64,000 bases of DNA, taken from the NCBI GenBank assembly GCA_965218585.1, contig CBDCLE010000002.1, forward strand, positions 384,001 to 448,000. Reading direction: 5' to 3'. The notes beneath the pieces were generated by a model. It did not search any database, was not told the origin of the DNA, and saw only the letters and a program-made list of their open reading frames with translations. Below are positions 1 through 10,368 of the stretch, piece after piece. A program made the position numbers and the translations under genes. Positions within the stretch are counted from its first letter, which is position 1. The number at the start of each line of letters is the position of its first letter. This DNA comes from Terriglobia bacterium. GTDB taxonomy: Bacteria; Acidobacteriota; Terriglobia; 20CM-2-55-15.

Positions 1-959
1 ATCATCCGGTCCCAGTCCCGCAACAGCGTCTCACCCGCTTTGGGATAGTTCTTCTCATATCGGCGGACGAACTGATCCCGCTTTCGTTCGCAGGCCGCGC
101 GGGAGTTCGCGAAGGCCATCCCATGAAGCAGCTGTCTGGCCGCGGGCTGCTCGGTCTTCGGCAGATGATCGACCACGTTGATCGACTTGTGGTTCCAGCA
201 GCGTTGTTCCTGGCCCTGGGGCTGTTGCTCGGCCAGCGCGGACCAGATGCCCAGGTGACCGTCCGCGACAGTCAGTCGTCCCAGCTTCAGGCCCCGTCTC
301 TGGAGATTGCGCAGAATGCGGCTCCAGGACTCCTTGCTTTCCCGCTGCCCGCTCTCACAGGCCAACACCACTTTGCGCCCGTCTGACAAGGCTCCGATGA
401 TCACCAGCAATGCCGCTCGCTCTTTCGCGATCCCCGCTTTCACGTACAAGCCGTCTGCCCACTGGTACACGACCTCGAGGCCGGACAGGTCCTGCTGGAC
501 CCACTCGTCATACTCCAACTGCCAGGTCGATTTCAGTCGTTGGATCGATGCTCGCGACAACGGAGCGCCAGCGCCAAGCAGTCCGCGCATGGCCTGCTCG
601 AAGTCCCCTGTGGCCAGACCGTGGAGGTAGAGATCGGGAAATAGCTCGCCCAGCTGTTTCGATTTCCGTCGAAAATACGGCAGGATCTGACTCTCGAACC
701 GCTCGGCGGTGTTTCGAACCCGAGGTCGTCGAACCTCCATCGTACCGTTCATCATTGCGAAGCGTCGCGGCTTCCCGTGACCGTTCCGGTATCCTCGTCG
801 ATTCGGACTCCGCTCCGACTTTTCCCGACCCAGAAATTGAGTGACTTCGTCCTCGAGCAGCTCCTGTAGCCAGACTTGGACCCGGGATCGCGCCCAGTCC
901 TCCAAACCTTCATACGCGTTCGTTGACGCCACTGATGCCGGTATGTTCTTCTTCTTCAT
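1..959 (-). CDS. IS256-family (Mutator-type DDE) transposase, 3' part outside the window
   Basis: Manual translation (not in the ORF track): MKKKNIPAS...GYRNGHGKPR...RRPRVR...LYLHGLATGDF...WADGLYVK...GQRESKESW...VADGHLGIW...QRCWNHK; RBS GGAGAAAGG upstream. Confidence 0.92.
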   Translation of the reverse strand, partial: MKKKNIPASVASTNAYEGLEDWARSRVQVWLQELLEDEVTQFLGREKSERSPNRRGYRNGHGKPRRFAMMNGTMEVRRPRVRNTAERFESQILPYFRRKSKQLGELFPDLYLHGLATGDFEQAMRGLLGAGAPLSRASIQRLKSTWQLEYDEWVQQDLSGLEVVYQWADGLYVKAGIAKERAALLVIIGALSDGRKVVLACESGQRESKESWSRILRNLQRRGLKLGRLTVADGHLGIWSALAEQQPQGQEQRCWNHKSINVVDHLPKTEQPAARQLLHGMAFANSRAACERKRDQFVRRYEKNYPKAGETLLRDWDRM

Positions 960-1064
960 GGGTGGTGTACCTTTCTCCCGATTGCTGCCGGGATTGCTTA
1001 CGGTTTCGAATTCACCAAAAGCGTACACCGCCTTCTCTTTTTACACACCGATTGGAACGACCTC
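1..1064 (-). mobile_element. IS256-family insertion sequence (runs off the window start), inserted in the 5' end of the flagellin gene
   Basis: The end on the minus strand reads GAGGTCGTTCCAATCGGTGTGTAAAAAG (IS256-like terminus) and directly abuts in-frame flagellin codons at 1065; it encodes the transposase below. Confidence 0.88.
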
Positions 1065-1877
1065 GTAACCAACCTTTCTTCAATCAACGCCCAAGCAACG
1101 TTGAACCAAACCAGCACCGGACTCCAGAGAACTCTGGCTCGTCTGACTTCTGGATTTCGGATCAACAGCGCCTCTGACGACGCTGCCGGCCTGGCCGTCG
1201 CGAACCGTCATAAACTGGATAACACCGGTCTCACCATCGGTATCCGGAGTGCGAACGACGCGATCAGCAAGCTGCAGATCGAAGACGGAGCATTGAACAA
1301 CATCTCTTCGCTGCTTGATCGAGCCCTGACTCTGGCCAGCCAGGCCGCATCGGACACCTTCACGGGTTCCAGAGCGACTCTGGACGCCGAGTTCCAGTCG
1401 GTTCTGTCTGAAATCAGCAGAAACGCCCAGGCTGCCGGCATCGAAACCAGCAACGCAAACCTGAACGCCCGTTCGGTCTTCGTTGGAAACACGACGACCA
1501 ACACTTCAGCGAGCGTCACCTACGTTTCGTTCGCTCTGACCACGGCAGTAGATGCTGAGGGTCTTGGCATCAGCACGCAGAGCATCACCAGCCAGGCGAA
1601 TGCTGCCACCGCGATCTCGAATATCCAGACCGCGATCGGCACGCTGGGTACAGTCCAGGGCCGCGTGGGTGCTGCGATGAACCGGCTGAGCTTCGCGATC
1701 TCGCAGGCGCAGACGATGTCTGTCAGTGTGAAGGCTTCGGAGTCCCGGATCCGGGATGCGAACATAGCTGAGGAAGCGGCTCAGTTGACGAAGTTCAACA
1801 TCCTGACCCAGTCCGGTTTGGCCGCACTGTCTCAGGCGAACCAGTCTTCGCAGTCGGTGCTTCAGCTGCTCCGGTAG
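1065..1877 (+). pseudogene. fliC: Flagellin, separated from its start codon and promoter by IS256
   Basis: The frame from 1065 reads VTNLSSINAQATLNQT...RLTSGFRINSASDDAAGLA...SESRIRDANIAEE...QANQSSQSVLQLLR. The first few codons are missing; the TTG at 1101 is internal. Confidence 0.9.
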
Positions 1878-1975
1878 TTCTTGAAATTCAACGGGGGGCG
1901 ATAGCCGTCCCTGGCCATACGATCAAACAGTAGGATCGCTCCCGGATCATAGACCAGCTGACAACGAAACCCATA

Positions 1976-2005
1976 GAAAAAGCCCGGCTTCTGCCGGGCT
2001 TTTTC
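1976..2005. terminator. Bidirectional Rho-independent terminator
   Basis: GAAAAAGCCCGGC-TTCT-GCCGGGCTTTTTC between convergent genes. Confidence 0.9.
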
Positions 2006-2022
2006 ACGTTGACGACTTCTGA

Positions 2023-4127
2023 CTAACTCGCAGCTTCATCGTCTTTCAAACGAGACAGCTCCTCTTCGGCCTCTGCGAGTCGGTCTCTCTTCGTCGAGAG
2101 TTCCTTATAAACGCCTGACAGGCGTTGGCGTTCGGTCGCGAGTTCCCGCTCCAGCGTCCCCAGCCGTTCTCTTTCGAGGGACAACTCCTGCTTCAGTTCT
2201 TCGAGCCTGACGTTCACGTTCTTTAGGGACGTTTCTCCTTCGGGCAGTCCGACGTCTTCAAACGACTCTTTCCGGGATTGACCGGTTTTCGCCCTGAACG
2301 TAGCCTCAAGAAATTCTCTCCCGAAGCTCTGGTCCGGCTCCAGATAGCAACCTTCCGCCCATTCGTTCCAGGCGTTGATGAAAACAAATCTCTCCTCTCG
2401 GGGAAAATCTCGAATCGTTCTGCGAATGGATTCCGCAAGCCAGAATTCGTAATTCGAAGGGGTAGGGTTCAGCGTCAGGAAGGAACGTGGGCCCACGCGC
2501 GGTGTCTGGTCCCAGGAAGGAGAAACCGTACGAAACACATTCGCTGGCTCGTATTCGCGGTCGAGATAGGACTCGGCGAGTGTTTCGTACTCCACAACGT
2601 TACCGTGGAAAGGTGTATAGAAATCGATCAGTTCGTTGATGTTCTGGCAATTGTTATTGTGCGGCGGAAACTGAACTCCGCTGTCAAAGCCGAACTTCGC
2701 ATAATTCTCATTCTCATTGGTAAGTGCGGCACAAAGGTGGATCGGACCAATCCCGATGTTTTCGCAATGCTCTCGCCAGATCTTCGCGCTGTTAGGCGGG
2801 TTCAGAAGGCGTTGTGGTTCGTAAACGATCAGGAAGGGTTTGCCGTCGAGTCTGATGTAGCGCGAATCATTGAAAAACGGAATCACGCTCTCAATAAAAT
2901 CCAGGTCATCAGTCGGCAGATGCTTTTGCCCGATAAGAATCTCGTCGTCAGCTCCGTCCCACCGTCGGGTCCAATTCTCATTGGCCCAGCAGAGGCAGAA
3001 GGGCATTCGCTGGCCCGATCACCCAGCATCTCGTCAAGGGGGCCATTTAAAATCCGAGTGCCGGAAAACCAATAGTAGTGGTAGCAAAATCCGTCAATGC
3101 CGTACTCCCTGGCGAGTGCGATCTGCTCGTGACGCACCTGGCGCACCCTCAGATCGTAAAAACCCAGATCGGCCGGCAGGCGAGGTTGGTAGTGGCTTTC
3201 AAATAGGGGTTCGGCCTTAGTCACATTCGTCCATTCGGTGAAACCCTTTCCCCACCAACGGTCGTTTTCGGGGATGGGATGAAATTGCGGCAGGTAAAAC
3301 GCGATCAGCCGGGTCGGATCGCCATGTGGCCAGACTTCCGGCGATTCTTCTGAAACGGGGTATGCCGCCACCTCCCTTTCCCGCCCGGCATCCTCTTCAG
3401 GCTTTCCTTGGCCCGACAAGGCAAGCAGGGATATACCAGGCCTGTCCGACGTCTTCGGAACTACCTTTGCGACGACCTGATAGACCCGGCCAAAGCGATT
3501 CTCCAGAAGCGCAGTTCTTTTCGTGGGAGCAGTTCTCGCCCACACTTCGGCGAACTCAGTGTCTTCAGGAAAAGGAGTTACAAATCTTACATCCACAATA
3601 GCGAGATTCGCACCGTCGAAGAGCGTCTGAATATTCTTCATTCCAAAAAAACGAATGTGCCCTTCATCCAGCAGACCGGCATCCCGGTATTCCAGATCAT
3701 CGTCCAAGAGGCTGGCGAGCATTCCGACGTATCCGGCATGAGGAATGGAAACGACGATCGCACCATCATCGTGGATCAGGCCTGGTATCTGTTGGAGAAC
3801 AGACCATGGATCGTAGAGGTGCTCCAGCACATCGGCGGCAACCACCGCATCAAAGGCGGCCTCTCCTTCCAGAGCCTCCGGCCACGACGCGTCGTTCAGA
3901 TCGATCCGATACACCTTGTCGCAGGCCGTTTCCAGACGAGAGAGAACTTCCTCGTCAAGCTCCACAGCTGTGACTCGACAGTTGTAAGCTTCCTTCAGGA
4001 CACGCGATATTGAACCGGGTCCAGCCCCGAGCTCGAGCACGCGCTGGCCCTCGCCCACCATTTTGACGACGTGCGCGGGCGCGGAATCATCGTCGACGTC
4101 GATCACGTAATCGTATTTGTGGCCCAT
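2023..4127 (-). pseudogene. SAM methyltransferase + WbsX/GH99-like glycan domain + coiled-coil tail, frameshifted at ~3006
   Basis: VLELGAGPG and DVLEHL motifs; [28 protein letters not shown] continues as [12 protein letters not shown]...FINAWNEWAEG in another frame. One A is missing in GAA-ATG (length 3n-1). Confidence 0.8.
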
Positions 4128-4152
4128 TCTGAAAGCTCGAAGCAGAGCGGGA

Positions 4153-4941
4153 TCAGCTCAAGGTTTTTTGCCAGAAAACACCGACGCCGTCGATTTCCTG
4201 GAGTTGGGGCGAAATGTTTCTGTCCGCAAGGAAATCTCCGATCGCATCCCTGCATCCCTCAACGACGTGGTAGTCATCCACGATCACATAGCCTCCTACG
4301 GAGAGCTTATCGTAAAGGGAATCCATGGCGACGACTGTAGACTCATACAGGTCTCCGTCCAACCGCAAGAGAGCCAGCGTTTCAATAGGTGCAGTGGGCA
4401 AGGTGTCCTTGAACCAGCCCTTCAGAAAAACGACCTGGTCGTCAAGGAGCCCGTACTTTGCGATGTTTTCACGAACGATCTCGAAGGAAACAGAAAGCTC
4501 TTCAAACGTGTGGTAATCGGAGCTGGCGTCCGAAGGGTAACGCTGGGCGTCGGGAACCGGCAGGCCTTCGAAGGAGTCGGCCACCCAGACGCGACGGTCT
4601 GTCACGTTGTAGGCGCTCAACACCGCCCGCATCAGAATACAAGCGCCTCCCCGCCAGACACCCGTCTCTATAAGATCGCCGGGAATCTCGTTTTGAATGA
4701 CATCTTCGGCAAGCTGGCGCAAATTGGCCAGTCTCTTGACGCCGATCATCGTGTGGGCCAAGGAGGGCCAGTCACGTCCGACTTCTCGAAGCGCAGGATC
4801 GTATACCGTTGTACCCAGGGCCTCCAGGGGCTTGTCTTCGTAGATCGTACCGGTCAAACATTTTTCGATCAGCGACAGATAGCGATCACGCAGGTGATCG
4901 ACTTCGTCCGTAGGGGGGGGGCCTTTTCGTAATTCTTTCAT
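4153..4941 (-). CDS. TylF/MycF/NovP-family sugar O-methyltransferase
   Basis: [52 protein letters not shown]. Confidence 0.92.
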   Translation of the reverse strand: MKELRKGPPPTDEVDHLRDRYLSLIEKCLTGTIYEDKPLEALGTTVYDPALREVGRDWPSLAHTMIGVKRLANLRQLAEDVIQNEIPGDLIETGVWRGGACILMRAVLSAYNVTDRRVWVADSFEGLPVPDAQRYPSDASSDYHTFEELSVSFEIVRENIAKYGLLDDQVVFLKGWFKDTLPTAPIETLALLRLDGDLYESTVVAMDSLYDKLSVGGYVIVDDYHVVEGCRDAIGDFLADRNISPQLQEIDGVGVFWQKTLS

Positions 4942-4970
4942 TCGTCTCTTGGGTACAAGCCTTCGACTTA

Positions 4971-5609
4971 CTACTTCACTTTCCTGAGATAGCCTTTCGG
5001 ATTCCAGGTAATGCAATAGTCCTCCCGTTCCCGATCGACCACAAAGTCTTCATTCGCGTCAACAAACGTCTCGGCGGCTTCGTATGGTCCTGGTTGAGGT
5101 CCCATGTCCAGTCCGTGATGGCATATTCCATCCTCAACGATAAAGTACTGACCGACACCCACAAGAGGTGCATATGCTTTGAGAACTTTCAGCGTGTTCT
5201 CGAAGGTGTGGGCACTGTCTTCGATGATCATCACCTGGTCACTCTTCTTGAGTGAACCCTCGACCTCTGAAAGCATCGTCCGTGCGTCTCCGGTAAACAA
5301 TGTTATTCGCGGATGACCCCTGACCTCGGGAACTACCTTTTCGCCGTCGCTGTCCACGCCGATAACCCGTCCCTGCCCTATGGCATCAAACGTGTGTGCA
5401 AGTGCCAGCGTGCTACCGCCACAGAAATTGCCAATCTCGATCACGACATCCGGGCGGGCTTCCCACATGATTTCCTGATACATCCAGAAATCCAGAGGAT
5501 TTTTCAGCGTAGGTATCCCATGGTAGGTCGAGCGTTCCATAATTCGTTCCTGTAGGACAGGCAGGACTCTAGACAAAGGCCAGTCCAACGACTCTTCCAT
5601 AAACGGCAT
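4971..5609 (-). CDS. CmcI/cephalosporin hydroxylase-family (rhamnosyl O-)methyltransferase
   Basis: KNPLDFWMYQEIMWEARPDVVIEIG, EDSAHT, YFIVEDG, TWNPKGYL; RBS AAGGAG. Confidence 0.88.
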   Translation of the reverse strand: MPFMEESLDWPLSRVLPVLQERIMERSTYHGIPTLKNPLDFWMYQEIMWEARPDVVIEIGNFCGGSTLALAHTFDAIGQGRVIGVDSDGEKVVPEVRGHPRITLFTGDARTMLSEVEGSLKKSDQVMIIEDSAHTFENTLKVLKAYAPLVGVGQYFIVEDGICHHGLDMGPQPGPYEAAETFVDANEDFVVDREREDYCITWNPKGYLRKVK

Positions 5610-5788
5610 CCGCGATTCACTCCTTATCCCTATCCTAGGGCAGCTGTCCGAGCGGCAGCCATCAGCCTGGGCCACCACCCGATTTGGCCGAAACCCGAAG
5701 CCAGTTTATCATTGTCGGCGAGCGAACTATCGTAGCCCACGAAGGGGTTCATGTCCTCTTCCGGGTGCCATAGGGCCCGTCCAAAACT

Positions 5789-7105
5789 ATGATTCGTGCA
5801 AGCAAAATCTCCAAGTGTTACCGAATATACCAACGTCCCCTCGATCACCTAAAGGAAGCTCTGACTTTCGGCCGAAAGCAATTCCATGAACCTTTCTGGG
5901 CTCTGAGAGATGTGGACCTGGAAGTTCCGCGTGGTTGCTGCCTTGGAATCATAGGCGAAAACGGATCGGGCAAGAGCACACTGCTTCGAATCATTGCGGG
6001 TGTCGCCAAGCCCACTTCAGGCAATATCGCGGTCGACGGACGGGTCTCAGCCCTGCTCGAACTGGGCGCCGGTTTCAACCCGGAGTTCACTGGCCGGGAC
6101 AATGTCCTCCTGAACGCATCCATTCTCGGATTCACCGATTCCGAAACGCGGGCCCGCATGCCATCCATTGAGAAGTTCGCCGAAATCGGTGAGTTCGTGG
6201 ACCGGCCCGTCAAGACGTATTCGAGCGGGATGTTTGTTCGGCTTGCCTTTGCCGTGGCCATTCACATGGATCCGGATATTCTCGTCGTCGATGAGGCCCT
6301 CTCTGTGGGTGATCTCTATTTTCAGCAACGCTGCATCCGTCGCATTCAACATCTCAAGCAGCAGGGTGTCACAATCGTCTTTGTTTCCCACGATCTGGAA
6401 GCTCAGCGTAGTCTTGCCGACCGGGCACTGTGGGTAGATCACGGCCGCGTGGTCCTCGAAGGCCGACCTGACGACGTCGCTTCCAGATACGCGGCAGCCA
6501 TGATGGCGCGAGGCGATAAAGAGATGATGGCAGACGAAGAACTCGGCAGAGGCCTCCGGGTTTCCGATGAACTGGCGATCTCGGAAGAGGCGCTCTCGAG
6601 AATCCCGCCGTTTGTGACCTCGATCCCGAACGTCGATCATCGCCACGGCAACCGTAAGGCCCGAATCGAAGGGATCGGAGTTTACGGGGGAGAAGGTCAT
6701 CCGGTAACCAGCGTCGGACAGGGTGACCGCCTCTCGATCCGGATTTCGGTGGAATTCGCCGAAGACGTGGACAAACCCAATGTCGGTTTCATGTTGCGCA
6801 ACAGATTGGGCGAGGACGTGACCGGGACAAACGTGATGTTTGAGGGGGAAAGGCTCCCACCGGCTCGCGCCGGCGATCAGATGTCGGTCGACTTCGTCAT
6901 GGATCTGCCTCTCCTGCAGGGAGGCTTCTATCACTTCTCGCCCGCCGTTGCGGAGGGAACTCTCAACGAATACGAAATGTGCGACTGGGTTGAGAACGCT
7001 TACGCCGTAGAAGTGGTGCAGCGCACGACCACACACGGGCACATGCGGATTCCGATGCGTGTTCGGGCGGTTACGCTCCCAGGCGAGACCTCAGAAGTCC
7101 AATAA
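5789..7105 (+). CDS. wzt: Polysaccharide ABC exporter ATPase with C-terminal carbohydrate-binding domain (Wzt)
   Basis: GENGSGKST, YSSGMFVRLAF, VVDEALSVGD, plus a C-terminal Wzt_C-like beta domain (HRHGNRKARI...). Confidence 0.9.
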   Translation: MIRASKISKCYRIYQRPLDHLKEALTFGRKQFHEPFWALRDVDLEVPRGCCLGIIGENGSGKSTLLRIIAGVAKPTSGNIAVDGRVSALLELGAGFNPEFTGRDNVLLNASILGFTDSETRARMPSIEKFAEIGEFVDRPVKTYSSGMFVRLAFAVAIHMDPDILVVDEALSVGDLYFQQRCIRRIQHLKQQGVTIVFVSHDLEAQRSLADRALWVDHGRVVLEGRPDDVASRYAAAMMARGDKEMMADEELGRGLRVSDELAISEEALSRIPPFVTSIPNVDHRHGNRKARIEGIGVYGGEGHPVTSVGQGDRLSIRISVEFAEDVDKPNVGFMLRNRLGEDVTGTNVMFEGERLPPARAGDQMSVDFVMDLPLLQGGFYHFSPAVAEGTLNEYEMCDWVENAYAVEVVQRTTTHGHMRIPMRVRAVTLPGETSEVQ

Positions 7106-7658
7106 CTTTTTCGTAGATGGCGCGGCCGGACGTTCCCTCGGGCAGGGCTCTGTCCCGGAACCGCCGGAATTGCTCGAGCATCTTCCAGCCCGTACTCTCG
7201 CGGATCAGATTGAGCTCGGACCTCATGTCACGGAGTTGGTCCGAAACAGTATCGTGTTTCGCCTGGAGATAAGCCAGGTCTCCTTGCAGCTGCTCAGCTT
7301 GCTTCCTCCGCCATTCCAGAGCTTCGTCCTTCGAAGCAGAGGCCTTCTCCAGCTCTTCGACCTGCTCCGCCCGCCAGGCCAGAGCTTCGTCGTTTGAAGT
7401 AATCGTCCGATGGAGCCGTTCGATCTCCTCCTCAAGATAAGCTTGAGCCTTGTCGAGAGCCTTGACCTGCCTCTCGCGCCAGGCAACAGCCTCCTGCAGT
7501 GAAGCGTTGGTCACTTTCAACTTCGACAACTGAGCTTCCTGCCATTTCAGCGTCTCAGCTTGATATGTCCCGGTCTCAGGCCGACTCTGGGCGGACCTTC
7601 CGGGCGTCTCCCCGTCTTTATGCAGAGCCCCTCCTGCATTTGGGCGGCTTTTCTTCAT
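7071..7658 (-). CDS. Coiled-coil protein resembling glycan chain-length ruler segments
   Basis: Heptad-rich, with repeated (D/Q)EA(L/V)xWR units and an ending IRESTGWKML...R typical of coiled-coil tails of polysaccharide enzymes. Confidence 0.6.
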   Translation of the reverse strand: MKKSRPNAGGALHKDGETPGRSAQSRPETGTYQAETLKWQEAQLSKLKVTNASLQEAVAWRERQVKALDKAQAYLEEEIERLHRTITSNDEALAWRAEQVEELEKASASKDEALEWRRKQAEQLQGDLAYLQAKHDTVSDQLRDMRSELNLIRESTGWKMLEQFRRFRDRALPEGTSGRAIYEKVIGLLRSRLGA

Positions 7659-9173
7659 AGGCCAACCCCAAAGAGCTGGATCACCTCGCCTGTCGGAAGA
7701 GCAAAAGAGTCAATGACGCGGAACGAATTCGGATCACCGAGCATGTGCTCAACAATAAGCTGGCGATCCGGAGAGAACAAGAACGAACCGGGAACGCCGT
7801 AGTTGCCCTCCGAAACCAGAATGAAGTCATTGTCGGCGATCGCGGCTTCGTCAAACGCCCACAATCGATTTATCGTAACGTCCTCTTCCCTGAGAGCAAT
7901 GTAAAGCTCGAAAGCCCGTGGATCGAAGCGCGCTATGTCGGGCACGATCCCGAGCCGCACCGCGCTGCCATCCCCAGACTGGACCGCATCGAGTACCTGT
8001 TCAATCTTCCAGTCCTCGCTGGCGGGGCGGCCCCAAAGCCCAAAGTAGCTTTGGGCATAGACATTCCAATTGTACGAGAGTGGCCCCCGGACACCCTCCA
8101 TCAACACGACTCTCTCCGGCAGGCTGCGAATCCCAAAGGAAACCAGGTAATGCTGAAAAACGAGAAACGGCACCAGAACGGCAAGCAGGATCTGTTTCTT
8201 CTCAAAAACCTTGGCGGTTATCAAAGCCACTGCCGGCAGGAGAGGCACGCTATAACGAGGATCCTTGTTTTGAAAGAGCATCAGACCGAACCATCCACTG
8301 AGAATCCAGAAACCAATCGGCGCCCATCGAGGGTCGAAGCGCCGCGCTACCAGCACCGCTCCGGCGATAAAGACAATGAAGAGGGGCAAAAACACTTGAT
8401 AGCCTTCAAGGGCCCGGACGTAGAACACCACCGCCTGAAAGCTGATTCGGGGAGGATCGCCTTCTCCCACACCGTCGTTCGTATTCAGGGCAAGGAACTC
8501 GGTCAGTGAGGTCAGCTGGGGGAGATACCAATAGGCCGCCACGATCAGTGCAGCGCCCGCACTTATCGCAGCGTTCTTTACGTTTTTGCGGGCAAACCAG
8601 ATGAACGGGAAGGCAAGGAAAAATGCGAACGTCCACTTTGTCAGCATGCCGAGCCCGCAGACGACGCCGAAAATCATGGACCAGTTCCGATTGTCTAGGC
8701 CTTTCGACACAAGCAGCCACATTGCGAGCGCCACCATGCTCGTCAGCCAGTAGTCCATCATCGCTTCTCTGGACAGCCACAGCATGAGTGGGTAAAAGCT
8801 CACGAGGACGGCCGCACTTGCAGCTCCAATTGGGGAAAGGACGGTCTTGCCAATTCCGTACGTCGCGATCATGAGAAGAAGGATCGCTGGCAAATTCGCC
8901 CACAGGGCCGCATCGACGCTTCTGCCAAAGACGCTATAAAAGAGCGCCACGATCGACTGATACAGCGGGGGGGTAATAACCTGTAAGTCCGCCCCCAACC
9001 GATGCCATGGCGTCGATCACAGAAGTGGTCCGGAACGCCTCGTAGATCCTGAGCGCCGCGCTCTGGTGGGCCGCCATATCCCAGAAAGGCGGCCGCGTAT
9101 CGTAGGCGATCCAAACCAGGTTGGTCGCGATCAAATACGCTCCAGAAAGAAACAGCAGCATTTGATGTCGCAT
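7655..9173 (-). pseudogene. GT-C (ArnT/PMT, GT39/83-like) membrane glycosyltransferase, +1 frameshift in a G7 run at 8967-8973
   Basis: PPFWDMAAH...GYYPP joins PPLYQ...LGMLTKWTF...KDPRYSVPLLP; multiple TM segments; length 3n+1. Confidence 0.8.
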
Positions 9174-9221
9174 ATGGCTCAATCCATTGATGATAGCTCT
9201 ACGGAAGTCAAAAGTTAACAG

Positions 9222-9375
9222 CTAACCCGCTTTTCTCACCGGTTGTCGTCGCGAAGCGTCGCAGACCCCGTCAGGACAAGGCGCGCGCCGGGAGGGCGAC
9301 CGAGACCAAGCACAACCGAGTCATGGCGGATGTATCCGGCGCTGTAGCAGACCACTGGTGAGAAATGCGGGCTGA
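9222..9375. mobile_element. Putative MITE / non-autonomous element with imperfect terminal inverted repeats
   Basis: AACCCGCTTTTCTCACCGGT versus the reverse complement of the right end, AGCCCGCATTTCTCACCAGT (17/20); no ORF. Confidence 0.55.
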
Positions 9376-9486
9376 CTAAGAGTCCAGAGTCAACTCTCAG
9401 GCGCCGAGGTCAGGAGCATCCCTCCAGAACGGTTCTCCGCGCCTATGTAGTTGATCTGTGGTTAGTAGGGAAGGAAAAAGAAGGAT

Positions 9487-9738
9487 CTACTCAGCCTTTG
9501 GTTCAGGCTTGAGGTCTTCGGCGATCTTCTCGAGCATGTCCTTGTCCGGGATCTGGGACTCGACCGCCGAGACGTTCTGGTTCTTGATCGCTTCGTAGAT
9601 TTCGTATCTGTAGATGGAGATGTGGGCAGGAGCCTTGATACCGAGACGGACGTTGTCGCGACCGATTCTCAGAACTTGAATCTCGATCTCGTTTCCGATG
9701 ATCAGCCGTTCATCTTTCTTTCGGGTGACAACGAGCAT
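9487..9738 (-). CDS. csrA: Carbon storage regulator CsrA
   Basis: MLVVTRKKDERLIIGNEIEIQVL...VRLGIKAPAHISIYRYEIY. Confidence 0.95.
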   Translation of the reverse strand: MLVVTRKKDERLIIGNEIEIQVLRIGRDNVRLGIKAPAHISIYRYEIYEAIKNQNVSAVESQIPDKDMLEKIAEDLKPEPKAE

Positions 9739-9933
9739 CCCTGGTCGGTCGAGCCGCTTCGAGCGGGGGTCGGTAACCGCCTCCTTGCGCGACGCCTCCG
9801 GCGCCATCGTAATTGCTACACTGGCGGCATGATATCGTCAAAGCCCCCTCGTAGCAAGTCGTTCTTAGCCAGACGCTTGTCGTCGCGCACCTCTAGAGGG
9901 CGCGCCCGTAGCTTGCCCAAGAAGGACAGGCTA

Positions 9934-10362
9934 CTAGACGAGCGGCTGACGAACCGAGAAGTCGGAGTCGGTCAGGATAATCTGCTTGCCGATCATTTCC
10001 TTGTGGTTGACCAGCAGCGGCGCCTGGAAGTTGCCCGTGCTCTTCTCCGCCGTCGGACCCAGAATCACGGTAACGAAAGCCAACCGGTCATTGCGATCGA
10101 TTACACCGATGGACTCCCATTCCCGCTTCGGGATCAGATGGCAGTATTCGGGAACGCGGTTGGTCGGATCCAGCACCAGGAACCCTACGTCGGAGGAATC
10201 GACGGCACGAAGCAGCCGGAAAGGCGCAAGGTAGTCGTTCTCCAACAGGTTGAAGTTCTTAAAGTCTGAGAAACCGATCAATCCTTCCTCAAAATGGATG
10301 ATGGTCTCCTGACCCTGAATGTCTGACTGACTGATGTTTTCGGGTGTTTCAATGACTCTCAT
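9934..10362 (-). CDS. fliW: Flagellar assembly factor FliW
   Basis: IHFEEGLIGF...FLVLDP...STGNFQAPLLVN...GKQIIL; located between flgL and csrA. Confidence 0.92.
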   Translation of the reverse strand: MRVIETPENISQSDIQGQETIIHFEEGLIGFSDFKNFNLLENDYLAPFRLLRAVDSSDVGFLVLDPTNRVPEYCHLIPKREWESIGVIDRNDRLAFVTVILGPTAEKSTGNFQAPLLVNHKEMIGKQIILTDSDFSVRQPLV

Positions 10363-10368
10363 GGTTTC

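Noticed and set aside
123-1177. Plus-strand ORFs in the ORF track
   Set aside because: They are antisense shadows of the IS256 transposase, which the track missed because it runs off the window.
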